Assembly: GCA_016699955.1 (NCBI GenBank)
Contig: CP064993.1
Coordinates: forward strand, 900,001 to 932,000
Direction: 5' to 3'
Length of the DNA stretch: 32,000 bases
Source: Candidatus Saccharimonadota bacterium
GTDB taxonomy: Bacteria > Patescibacteriota > Saccharimonadia > Saccharimonadales > UBA4665
The notes beneath the pieces are model-generated. The model was not told where the DNA came from and searched no databases. It saw only the letters and a program-made list of their open reading frames with translations. The position numbers were made by a program, and so were the translations under genes. Below are positions 18,760-26,258 of the stretch, piece by piece; within the stretch, counting starts at the first letter, position 1; every line of letters starts with the position of its first letter.

Positions 18760-20277
18760 TTATGATTCTAGCAGTTCGGCACCGCCAAAGATATTGCTTA
18801 TGGCTGCCACTGTTTCTGATCCTGCTAGTGCCGTCTTGGGGGCGCTACTTGTAAGGCAACGGATTTCCGTGGGAACACCACGAGCCGAATCAACTAGCGC
18901 AGCCAGGATGCTGCGATTGCGTGGTTCGTTCAAACGTTTTTGATGAAATGAAAAATTGAGCTCTAGCGTCAACGTATCGCCGTCTAGGCTTGGTCGTGCC
19001 ATGCGGGCAATGCCATATAGTGTGTTATGTGTCTGCTTGAGATCTTGTAGCACGGCTTGCCATAGCGTGTCGATGTTGTGGTTGTCGGTGGTTGGGCTGG
19101 AACTCTGAGGTGCTATATCATGACTTAAGCGCTCCGCGGTCGGTGGGTGCGGCGTGTCAATTACGATAGGTTCGTCAGCTTGTGTCGGTGTTTCAGGGGC
19201 TTGCGCGGGCTTGTCAGCCTGCAAGGAAGTTTTTTCTTGAACTGTTTTGACAGTTGTTGACTCGGGTTTAGGAGTTACTTTTTTTACCTGGGACGCCTCT
19301 GTGACCTCTGTTTCATTTAACTTGGGGCTAGCGTAGCCGGCGTATTTTAGGAGTGTGATTTCTAGCAGTGCCCGCGGATTATGAGCCGGTGGGACATCGA
19401 GCAAATCACGTAACAAATCTAGTGCGTATGAAGGAGCGTTGCCGTCTAAAAATTGAGATCTTAACATCTGCCCCAGCTGTAGGGCAATCATAACTGGTTC
19501 ATACCCCTGCTCGGACAGCTCGTGCAGTGCAGCAAGCGTAGCCGGTACTGTTTGGTTTTTTAGTGCATCACTTAGCTGAGTAATCGAGGTTGAGGGAGCA
19601 TGCCCGAGCAACTGTTCAATTTGCTCCCGAGTAATATTGCTACTTGTCGAACTTGCTTGATCGAGGAGGCTAATGCTGTCCCTAAAACTTCCTTCGCCAT
19701 GCTCGGCAATTAGATGAAGCGCCTCATCGTCTATGGAAATTTGTTCTTTTTTCGCAATATGGCGCAGGTGCGCGGCAACTTTTTCTAGCGACACTGGTTT
19801 AAACCGATAACGTTGTGTCCGGCTTATTATTGTTTCTGGGAGTTTATGAGCCTCCGTGGTGGCAAGTATGAAGACAACGTGCGCGGGTGGTTCCTCAAGC
19901 GTTTTAAGCAGTGCGTTAAAGGCGGCTTTACTGAGCATATGCACTTCATCGATGATAAATACTTTGTATGTTGCACTAGAGGGAGCAGACATTATTTTGT
20001 CGCGCAGGTCTCGGACGTCTTCTACTCCGTTATTGCTTGCGGCATCGATTTCTATTATGTCAAAGTGGGGCTTTTCGCTGTAACTCAAGTGGTTAATTTC
20101 ATGGGCGAGAATACGTGCGACTGATGTTTTGCCAACCCCCCGTGGACCCGTCAAAAGATAGGCGTGAGCAATTTTACCCTGCTGCAAAGCATTTCCGAGT
20201 GTGGTAGTAATGTGCTCCTGACCGACCACTTCACTCAGTGACCGAGACCGGTATGTTCTGTACAGTGCTTTCCCCAT
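18760..20277 (-). CDS. dnaX: DNA polymerase III subunit gamma/tau
   Basis: Walker A GPRGVGKTS, DExx IIDEVHML and the SRC-like ISRTQRYRF. A Pro/Thr/Glu-rich linker follows residue ~320. Confidence 0.95.
   Translation of the reverse strand: MGKALYRTYRSRSLSEVVGQEHITTTLGNALQQGKIAHAYLLTGPRGVGKTSVARILAHEINHLSYSEKPHFDIIEIDAASNNGVEDVRDLRDKIMSAPSSATYKVFIIDEVHMLSKAAFNALLKTLEEPPAHVVFILATTEAHKLPETIISRTQRYRFKPVSLEKVAAHLRHIAKKEQISIDDEALHLIAEHGEGSFRDSISLLDQASSTSSNITREQIEQLLGHAPSTSITQLSDALKNQTVPATLAALHELSEQGYEPVMIALQLGQMLRSQFLDGNAPSYALDLLRDLLDVPPAHNPRALLEITLLKYAGYASPKLNETEVTEASQVKKVTPKPESTTVKTVQEKTSLQADKPAQAPETPTQADEPIVIDTPHPPTAERLSHDIAPQSSSPTTDNHNIDTLWQAVLQDLKQTHNTLYGIARMARPSLDGDTLTLELNFSFHQKRLNEPRNRSILAALVDSARGVPTEIRCLTSSAPKTALAGSETVAAISNIFGGAELLES
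19279..19301 (-). promoter_or_regulatory. Candidate dnaX recoding cassette: CAGAGG (SD-like), 10 nt, then A7 slippery run
   Basis: Minus strand reads CAGAGG CGTCCCAGGT AAAAAAA GTAACTCCTAA. The 0-frame is GTA AAA AAA GTA. The -1 frame stops after 3 codons and the +1 frame stops immediately. Confidence 0.4.
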
Positions 20278-20473
20278 TGTCCCTTAAGTATAGCTGCTGC
20301 GTGAGCGATTTCCGAATGTAGTAATTACAATCGAGTACTTAACTGGGCTGATGCAATCCCCCACCCTGTACTCGGCTAAGAAACTACTTTCCCCCCCAAC
20401 TCCCTACGAGCAAACATAAGGCGAACTCGCCGTAAAGGCTCAGTTACAGTAATAAGTGCGAGCGGCATTTTGC

Positions 20474-21355
20474 TTAGAATGAGGTGATGATTACACCGAT
20501 AGCGCCAAGTGCGACGGCTACCCATAACAGTTTGTCGTTATCTCTTTCATGCAGAAAATAATGCGCTGCTACGGCTGTCAGTGGCAGTACAAATGCTGAC
20601 AGTGAGGCAATAAGAGAAACATTATTTGCTTTTTCTAGAGCTATGAAATAACTAATCCCAATCCCTGCTATCACCGTACCGAGCAGTGCAGATTCCCGAA
20701 TCAGCCTGGTTGAAATATGAACTGAACGACGCTTGTGATAATCGTATGCCGCAAAAAGCGTCAGCCAAAAAGTTTGCAGCCCAAAGCCATAGATAAAAAA
20801 CGCGCCGATATCCATGTACTGGATAGCTGCTTTTTCGACGACGACACCGACACCGAGAAAAGCTGCGGATATTAGTGTCAGAAGAATACCTTTGGCTATA
20901 TGCTCATATGAGCTTGTGCCGTTGCGATGCGCTTTTGCCGGTGCCCAAACGGCGATGACGCCACTCACAAGCACTAAACCGGCACCCAGCAGCTGGATAA
21001 TGGTTAGTTTTTCACCCAAAAACAGCCATCCGAGTAAAATTGTGATGATAATGCGTACTTGGAATATTGTTTGGTTTAATGCTGCCGGCATATGTTTTAT
21101 GGCCATAAATGATAACAGCACAAAAACTGCCACCAGAAAACTTGCGCTAAGAAGCAGCCACAATGTCCAGACAGACCAGGTGATGTCATGCGGTGCTATG
21201 AGCCCAGCAACAATGCTCAGCGGCATTAAGCCAATCAGATATGAAAGTGCGACGCTAATGCTGGCGGGGACAGTTTGTGCTTGCGCGAAACGCCTTCTAA
21301 GAAGTGTCGAGGCCACAAACAGAAGCATATTGATACAAAGAGCAACCTGCCACAT
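20474..21355 (-). CDS. EamA/DMT-superfamily transporter
   Basis: 10-TM protein with the two-repeat EamA architecture (..GEKLTIIQLLGAGLVLVSGV.., C-terminal ..LGAIGVIITSF). Confidence 0.75.
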   Translation of the reverse strand: MWQVALCINMLLFVASTLLRRRFAQAQTVPASISVALSYLIGLMPLSIVAGLIAPHDITWSVWTLWLLLSASFLVAVFVLLSFMAIKHMPAALNQTIFQVRIIITILLGWLFLGEKLTIIQLLGAGLVLVSGVIAVWAPAKAHRNGTSSYEHIAKGILLTLISAAFLGVGVVVEKAAIQYMDIGAFFIYGFGLQTFWLTLFAAYDYHKRRSVHISTRLIRESALLGTVIAGIGISYFIALEKANNVSLIASLSAFVLPLTAVAAHYFLHERDNDKLLWVAVALGAIGVIITSF

Positions 21356-21361
21356 AGTTGC

Positions 21362-21871
21362 CTAGAGAGCAGCTTCCAGAGCGGCCCACTCTGCGCTGGC
21401 ATCGTCTTCTGGTACGTTGACTGAAACTTGATCGCCAGGTTTTGCTTTAAAATAAGTGACACTGGCAAGAAGGACGCGGTAATCTTTTGTGCCTACTGAT
21501 ACGAAGTAATGACCACCTTCGAGCTTTAATTGTCCGACAACCTGTTTGCGTGGGATTGGACCAATTTGCTTGTATAAAAACGCACCGTCATCGGCAATTG
21601 TAAGTTTCAAAATGTCGCCTTGAACCAGTTTTGATTTACTGGCATAGTTTGCTGGAACGGGATAGGTTTTGCCATCGCTACCGACCATGTTTTGCCCGTC
21701 AAAAACACCCTCAATAACCTTGCCCAGTGCTTCTTCGCTGACCTTAGCCTGAACTTTAATATCGTCACCAACGAGACTTATCAAGAGCTCATTTGCGGCT
21801 GCCAAGTTGGTTTCCGCTTCTTGTATGAGTGCCCGAAGTCTTTTGATTTGCTTATCTGGTAAATCGGCCAT
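21362..21871 (-). CDS. Hypothetical protein (N-terminal coiled helix, C-terminal beta-rich domain)
   Basis: 169-aa ORF with normal composition. It lies 6 nt upstream of the EamA gene. No family recognised. Confidence 0.55.
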   Translation of the reverse strand: MADLPDKQIKRLRALIQEAETNLAAANELLISLVGDDIKVQAKVSEEALGKVIEGVFDGQNMVGSDGKTYPVPANYASKSKLVQGDILKLTIADDGAFLYKQIGPIPRKQVVGQLKLEGGHYFVSVGTKDYRVLLASVTYFKAKPGDQVSVNVPEDDASAEWAALEAAL

Positions 21872-22057
21872 AACTGTTTCTTTCTATTTCCCTTTTGTTG
21901 CACTTCCCTAATGTTCCACCATTTAGGTCTGTAATACCTTAATCTAACCCTAGCATACCCTGGCCAGCAAGTCAAAATATCAGCCTGCGCCCCTATCTTA
22001 TCTGTGGATAAATTGCGGTTTAGATATTTTTCCTAGCGTGCATATGGTTTCAATATA

Positions 22058-22085
22058 GCTAACTCGGCGTAAACGCCGAGTTAGC
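22058..22085 (-). terminator. Perfect 12-bp hairpin downstream of rplL
   Basis: GCTAACTCGGCG TAAA CGCCGAGTTAGC (22058-22085), 55 nt after the rplL stop. On the minus strand it is followed by TATATT only, so the U tail is weak. Confidence 0.5.
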
Positions 22086-22140
22086 CCCCACCCACGCCGG
22101 AAGGCGCTAGTAGCGGTGATGACACCGAGCCGGAGTAATA

Positions 22141-22521
22141 CTAGACAAGTTCTACTGTGGCGCCAGCTGCATCAAGAGCTTTTTTGGCTGCTTCAGCATC
22201 TTCTTTTTTGGCTTTTTCAAGTACAACCTTTGGTACGCCGTCGACAATCGCCTTGGCTTCGCCAAGACCGAGGCCGGTCAGTTCCTTGACAGCCTTGATG
22301 ACAGCGACTTTCTGGGCGCCAGCATCTTTGAGCATGACATCGTACTCAGCCTTTTCGTCGGCAGCATCGGCTGCTTCGCCACCAGCAGCTGGACCAGCTG
22401 CGGCAACAGCGGCGACTGCAGGTTCGATGCCGTATTCGTCTTTAAGAATAGTTTTAAGTTCGTTAACTTCTAAGACAGTTAGTTTAGTAAGTTCTTCGGC
22501 GAGTTTCTTTATATCAGCCAT
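22141..22521 (-). CDS. rplL: 50S ribosomal protein L7/L12
   Basis: N-terminal dimerisation helix, an Ala/Gly/Pro hinge, and the C-terminal domain [24 protein letters not shown]. Confidence 0.95.
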   Translation of the reverse strand: MADIKKLAEELTKLTVLEVNELKTILKDEYGIEPAVAAVAAAGPAAGGEAADAADEKAEYDVMLKDAGAQKVAVIKAVKELTGLGLGEAKAIVDGVPKVVLEKAKKEDAEAAKKALDAAGATVELV

Positions 22522-22543
22522 AAAATTTTCTCCTTATTTAGTG

Positions 22544-22573
22544 ATATTTGACCAATGAAAAATGGTCAAATAT
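22544..22573 (-). other. Perfect 11-bp inverted repeat in the rplJ-rplL spacer
   Basis: ATATTTGACCA (22544-22554), 8-nt loop, TGGTCAAATAT (22563-22573). Confidence 0.4.
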
Positions 22574-22609
22574 TGATTACTGTTCAATGATCAACGTTTG
22601 GTGCGACTT

Positions 22610-23134
22610 TTAGGCCGTCGCTTTGTCACGAATGCCGTCGAGCAACGCATGAAGGTTGCCGGACAGGCCATTTGTGATGTCGTTTACCGGTGAAAGTAGC
22701 ATAGCAACTGCTTCGGCAATGAGCTGGTCTTTGCTTGGCAAGTCAGCGAGCGTTTTTACCTGAGAGGCATCCATAAAGGTGCCGTCTGCGCTGTAGGCGC
22801 CCACAAACTCAAGCGTTGGGTTTAGTTTGGTAAACGCTTTCAGTGCTTGAGCGGGAGCGACTTCGTCTTCGCTGTTAAAAGCGTAGAGTAGCATGCCGTT
22901 AAGGCAGCTGGTGTCGGCGTTTTTCAGCTTGTCATGCCCAGTCATCGCCTTGATAACGAGCCGATTTTTGACCACTTTGACTTTGGTGCCGTTTTCGCGT
23001 GCATCGCGCCTAAGCTGTTGGAGCGCTTTTACGGTTGTGCCCTGGTACTTTGCGACAACTGTCATCTTGGCAGATTGCAGTAAGTCAGAGACTTCCGCAA
23101 CAACGTCATCTTTTTGTGATTTATTAAGTGCCAT
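22610..23134 (-). CDS. rplJ: 50S ribosomal protein L10
   Basis: MALNKSQKDDVVAEV...VAKYQG.TV..L..LR matches the L10 N-terminal pattern. SD AAAGGAG lies upstream. The gene sits directly upstream of rplL. Confidence 0.9.
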   Translation of the reverse strand: MALNKSQKDDVVAEVSDLLQSAKMTVVAKYQGTTVKALQQLRRDARENGTKVKVVKNRLVIKAMTGHDKLKNADTSCLNGMLLYAFNSEDEVAPAQALKAFTKLNPTLEFVGAYSADGTFMDASQVKTLADLPSKDQLIAEAVAMLLSPVNDITNGLSGNLHALLDGIRDKATA

Positions 23135-23221
23135 TCGTTCTCCTTTGGAGTGAATGATAAATTGTTTTATGAAGAATAATGAATGGACGCTATCGACCGG
23201 TGCGATTTCATCGTTCTTGTT

Positions 23222-23258
23222 ACATAAAGAAAAGCGCTTTTAGTGATACCAAAAGCGC
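23222..23258 (-). terminator. Intrinsic terminator after the orphan gene, upstream of rplJ
   Basis: Minus strand reads GCGCTTTT GGTATCACT AAAAGCGC followed by TTTTCTTTATG (stem 23251-23258 / 23234-23241). Confidence 0.65.
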
Positions 23259-23341
23259 CCTTGCAAAACGAAATAAAGTGATTTCGTCGCCTCGGTGACA
23301 AATCAAGAAGCTCTCGCCCCAGTCACTGTCTTTGGTAACAA

Positions 23342-24325
23342 TTACATTCTAATACTATTTCCCGGGTTGTGCAAGAGTAGCAAGAATGGTACGGTAGTTT
23401 TCAAGACATACGGGCTTGGAAGATCTAAATCCGGAAATAATCGTTCGAGAGATAATGCCCTATCGTAGCCTTCTACCGTAAGTCTAATATTATCAATAAT
23501 TCTTTCAATCACGAGTCGATCAAATGGATTTTCGAAACTCGCGCGCATTTCATTTTCAATTACTTCTGGAGTTCTCTCATTCGTTTTATCAGGTCCAAAC
23601 AACAACTTAGCGAATAATTCTTGGGTAGACCTACGTATGTCTTCTCTTTTACTACGTTGAATAAGTCCTTCTATGTCTTTACTAAGTTCATCATTTTCCA
23701 TTTTGAATTCATGCATTACATCAAGTTCTTTTTGGAGAGCAGATGGGTCAACGTAATCGTTGAACTCAGTGATACGCAGTACTTCAGTAATACCTTTAGA
23801 ATATTCAATAGCCACTTCTCTAGCGCATGCAGCTGCACCTGTAACCATGCAAAATCTGACTCTTAATGAGGTATCATCTTCAAGCGGGAAATCATATTTT
23901 TCAATTACATAGGACTGAGTACTTGTCAGTGGTTTTACATTGAGCCATGCATTTGTGAAGTCTTTCTCGTCATGTGCATTTTCTTTAGTAGCAATAAGAC
24001 GGTGGAGTACATTGAAAAAAGTAAACCTTGAAAGATTACCACTAAGAAGAGTTACTGGCATTAAAGCCTCTGCTGCCGATAACCGGAACAATGCTTCAAC
24101 GTTGGATTTCGGTAGATCTAGCAGCCTGGAATCAATTGCATCCGTTTGCGATAGTCCACTAATCGTATGTTCATAGACAGCCTCGCGCGGAGCATCCGTT
24201 AAAAAACCCATAACTTGTGAGTCGGCTTGGTTGTTTTTTTGAAGAGCGTCAGCCATGCTGAGTATTTCATGCAAGACTGGACCGTGTACTTCGTAATAAA
24301 TATCACCTGGATTAAGTCTAGACAC
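23342..24325 (-). CDS. Orphan hypothetical protein, visibly AT-richer than its neighbours
   Basis: 327-aa uninterrupted ORF with a GTG start. It has its own extended -10 element and its own terminator. No motif recognised. Confidence 0.6.
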   Translation of the reverse strand: MSRLNPGDIYYEVHGPVLHEILSMADALQKNNQADSQVMGFLTDAPREAVYEHTISGLSQTDAIDSRLLDLPKSNVEALFRLSAAEALMPVTLLSGNLSRFTFFNVLHRLIATKENAHDEKDFTNAWLNVKPLTSTQSYVIEKYDFPLEDDTSLRVRFCMVTGAAACAREVAIEYSKGITEVLRITEFNDYVDPSALQKELDVMHEFKMENDELSKDIEGLIQRSKREDIRRSTQELFAKLLFGPDKTNERTPEVIENEMRASFENPFDRLVIERIIDNIRLTVEGYDRALSLERLFPDLDLPSPYVLKTTVPFLLLLHNPGNSIRM

Positions 24326-24331
24326 AGGATT

Positions 24332-24340
24332 ACTATATCA
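24332..24340 (-). promoter_or_regulatory. Extended -10 element TGATATAGT placed 6 nt before the GTG start of the orphan gene
   Basis: Minus strand reads TGATATAGT AATCCT GTG. No SD lies between them. Confidence 0.3.
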
Positions 24341-24352
24341 CAAAAGACATAA

Positions 24353-24958
24353 TTACGTAAGGGTCATGTACAGGCGGGTGTCGGGGGTTAGCGAGCCGGT
24401 GGCTGTGGGGCGTGTGGAGGGGACGCTGGCAACTAGGGTGAACCCAAGTTTTTGGTAGATGTGAACAGCTCCAGTATTACTTGCCCAAGACTCTAACCAT
24501 AAATTGTCTGCATCGTACAAATGTATGGTGGCGTCAAGAACAACAGCCAGATAAGGAGTAGCGAGCCCTTTACCCTGATGCCTTTCGCTAAGTCGCACCG
24601 CCACTGTTACTTTTCCGTCAGGCACATGATCACTTTGGCTTTCACCCGCCCAGGCATAACCTGCTAAGTCACCCGTCGCTTTCTCGACCAGCAAAAAAAC
24701 TGCCCGACCTTTGCTAAGCCAGTTGGTAGTGCCCTTTTTATCTCGAAAACGTGAGTCGCAGTCATTCGGGCAGTATTCTATGATAGATGGTTCCAGTGCG
24801 AGTTGTTGAATTGTTGCAGCGTCTGTCTCAGTTAGACCCAAACGAACTTCGTAGCCAGCTTCAGCCAGTTTTTTTTGTGCAATTTGCCCTTTTTCGGTTA
24901 AACTATCCGCTTCTACTGCTGCTGATGATTCGCTATAAGTTGTGGGGAATGGTTTCAA
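24353..24958 (-). CDS. GNAT-family N-acetyltransferase
   Basis: Acetyl-CoA binding motif A RLSERHQGKGLATPYL and C-terminal AVHIYQKLGF. The start overlaps the glmM stop by 4 nt. Confidence 0.8.
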   Translation of the reverse strand: MKPFPTTYSESSAAVEADSLTEKGQIAQKKLAEAGYEVRLGLTETDAATIQQLALEPSIIEYCPNDCDSRFRDKKGTTNWLSKGRAVFLLVEKATGDLAGYAWAGESQSDHVPDGKVTVAVRLSERHQGKGLATPYLAVVLDATIHLYDADNLWLESWASNTGAVHIYQKLGFTLVASVPSTRPTATGSLTPDTRLYMTLT

Positions 24959-26250
24959 AGTACGAGCTCCTGGATGTGGTTGGCCATTTCGGTAGCAAGG
25001 GCTTCGGCGTTTGGCGCTTCCACCATTACGCGAGCAAGTGGTTCGGTGCCGCTCGGACGCACAAGTATGCGGCCAGAGTTGCCTAGCTCGGCCGTTTTCA
25101 CTCGGACGTAGTCTTCTACCTCTGGTGAGTTTAGCTTGGTTTTATCTGCTATGGGGAAATTCACGAGTGATTGTGGCAGCATAGAAACCTCATCTCGCCA
25201 TTCGCTTAAGGATTTTCCAGACGAGTTGATAGCGCTCAAAACCTGCACAGCGGCAAGCAAACCATCGCCGGTTGTGGCAAAGTCGGGTAAGATGATGTGA
25301 CCGGACTGTTCACCGCCCAGTTTGTAGCCAGTTGCGAGCAGTCGTTCCAGAACGTAGCGGTCACCGACGGCGGTTCGTTCCATCGAAATTCCCTTTGTTT
25401 TTAGAGCTTGTTCGGTGCCAAGGTTTGACATAACTGTTGCTACGACGTGCTTATAGCCATTTGCAACGGCCAGCATGTACATTAGGTAATCACCGTTGCA
25501 GGCTCGTCCTGCTGCATCTACCAAAATAAGCCTGTCCGCGTCACCGTCAACTGCAATACCTAGGTCGCAGTGCTGTTCACGCACTACGCGTTGCAGCTCT
25601 GTCGTGTCGGTGGCACCGCAGCGAACATTAATATTGCGTCCATTTGGTTCGTTGCCAAGTGCGATTACCTCGGCACCAAGTTGCTCAAATACTCGTTGAC
25701 CGAGAGCACTGGCGGCGCCATTGGCAGTGTCTACAGCAATCTTGTAAACATCAAGTTTTAAGCCTCGGGCGGAGGAAACTAGGAAATCTTCGTATTCGTG
25801 CGCTAAGTCTCGTGTTGCAAAGCTGCCGGGGCTTCGGTTGGGGACGCCTGCTTCAATATCGTGGTTTAGGCGCTCTTCTGCGTCATCGGGCAGTTTGCTC
25901 CCGCTGGCGCTGAACACCTTAACGCCATTAAATTCATACGGGTTGTGGCTGGCAGTTATCATGATGCCTGCCACAAATTCGTCGTGCTGAGCAGTAATGT
26001 AAGCAAGGCCTGGTGTGGGAAGAACGCCTGCAAAGACAGCATTAACGCCAACGGCTTGCAGTCCCTGTGTGATCATCTGCACAAGATGCGTCGATGACTC
26101 ACGTGTGTCGCACGCAATGACTATGTGTTCCTTGTCTCGAGCGAATTGGGTGCCAACTGCTCTACCAATGGCAACCGTACCGATGTCATCCAGCGGGTAT
26201 TGACCGGCCAGTGCCCGCACACCGTCTGTACCAAATAGTTCTCGGCTCAT
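24955..26250 (-). CDS. glmM: Phosphoglucosamine mutase
   Basis: N-terminus LFGTDGVRA, the phosphoserine loop TASHNPYEFNGVK and the metal loop DGDADR. Confidence 0.9.
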   Translation of the reverse strand: MSRELFGTDGVRALAGQYPLDDIGTVAIGRAVGTQFARDKEHIVIACDTRESSTHLVQMITQGLQAVGVNAVFAGVLPTPGLAYITAQHDEFVAGIMITASHNPYEFNGVKVFSASGSKLPDDAEERLNHDIEAGVPNRSPGSFATRDLAHEYEDFLVSSARGLKLDVYKIAVDTANGAASALGQRVFEQLGAEVIALGNEPNGRNINVRCGATDTTELQRVVREQHCDLGIAVDGDADRLILVDAAGRACNGDYLMYMLAVANGYKHVVATVMSNLGTEQALKTKGISMERTAVGDRYVLERLLATGYKLGGEQSGHIILPDFATTGDGLLAAVQVLSAINSSGKSLSEWRDEVSMLPQSLVNFPIADKTKLNSPEVEDYVRVKTAELGNSGRILVRPSGTEPLARVMVEAPNAEALATEMANHIQELVL

Positions 26251-26258
26251 GTACCCGC

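Noticed and set aside
20281-20473. Possible SRP (4.5S) RNA upstream of dnaX, suggested by position and a CCCCCACCC string like the E. coli 4.5S 3' end
   Set aside because: Neither strand contains the conserved helix-8 sequence (GGAA tetraloop flanked by the AGCAGC-type loops) in a foldable context. The matching 5' G-run needed to pair with the C-run is also absent on that strand.
20814-21365. 183-aa + strand ORF inside the EamA transporter gene
   Set aside because: It is antisense to a coherent 10-TM transporter. It has no start context and no recognisable motif, which is typical of a shadow ORF.
22002-22010. Perfect DnaA box (TGTGGATAA, which is TTATCCACA on the minus strand) in the spacer below rplL
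   Set aside because: It is a single isolated 9-mer. One such match in 64 kb of two-strand sequence is not far from chance. There is no cluster of boxes, AT-rich unwinding element or dnaA/dnaN nearby.
22157-22558. 133-aa + strand ORF covering the whole of rplL
   Set aside because: It is antisense to an unmistakable L7/L12 gene. Its Ala/Ser-rich, low-complexity translation is the expected mirror of the Ala/Lys/Glu-rich rplL codons.
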